Assembly: GCF_001194135.2 (NCBI RefSeq)
Contig: NC_068994.1
Location: forward strand, 44,884,906-44,948,905
Direction: 5' to 3'
Origin: Octopus bimaculoides
Lineage: Eukaryota
Length of the DNA: 64,000 nt
Below the pieces are notes generated by a model. The model was given only the letters and a program-made list of their open reading frames with translations, searched no databases and had not been told where the DNA came from. Of this stretch, positions 63,776-64,000 are shown one piece after another. The position numbers and the translations under genes are program-made. How positions within the stretch are numbered: the stretch's first letter is position 1; the number at the start of each line of letters is the position of its first letter.

Positions 63776-64000
63776 CATCATCATCATCGTTTAACGTCCG
63801 CTTTCCATGCTAGCATGGGTTGGACGATTTGACTGAGGACTGGTGAAACCGGATGGCAACACCAGGCTCCAGTCTGATTTGGCAGAGTTTCTACAGCTGG
63901 ATGCCCTTCCTAACGCCAACCACTCAGAGAGTGTAGTGGGTGCTTTTACGTGTCACCCGCACGAAAACGGCCACGCTCGAAATGGTGTCTTTTATGTGCC
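63776..64000 (-). mobile_element. RTE-tailed SINE, young copy (runs off window)
   Basis: Nearly identical to 9506-9680 and to the reverse complement of 28674-28859. Confidence 0.85.

Overview
AT-rich, microsatellite- and SINE-dense animal genomic DNA from a gapped draft assembly; the repeat families look cephalopod (octopus-like), which is an inference. The one host gene I can support is O-GlcNAcase (OGA/MGEA5, GH84) on the minus strand. Eleven coding exons between 35619 and 1088 all have GT..AG junctions and consistent phases, giving 745 codons from the first ATG. They include the CGVVEGFYGRPW, YAPKDD and catalytic LLFDDID motifs, a Thr/Ser-rich linker and the stalk helices. The C-terminal HAT-like domain should lie left of the window. 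The remainder is intronic or intergenic and holds tRNA-derived SINEs, RTE-tailed SINEs, RTE, R4/NeSL-type and Penelope-like retroelement fragments, mariner/Tc1 relics, and hAT, piggyBac and Merlin-like MITEs with clear TSDs. Leads worth following: possible short OGA isoforms ending in the 7-kb phase-1 intron, a skippable 54-nt exon, a candidate second promoter in intron 1 next to a gap, an AUG-less 125-codon His/Gln frame upstream of the OGA start, a minimal hammerhead ribozyme in a Penelope tail, and a head-to-head TTAGGG/CCCTAA inverted repeat. I found no CRISPR array, rRNA or bona fide tRNA gene, and nothing I can call a wholly new system.
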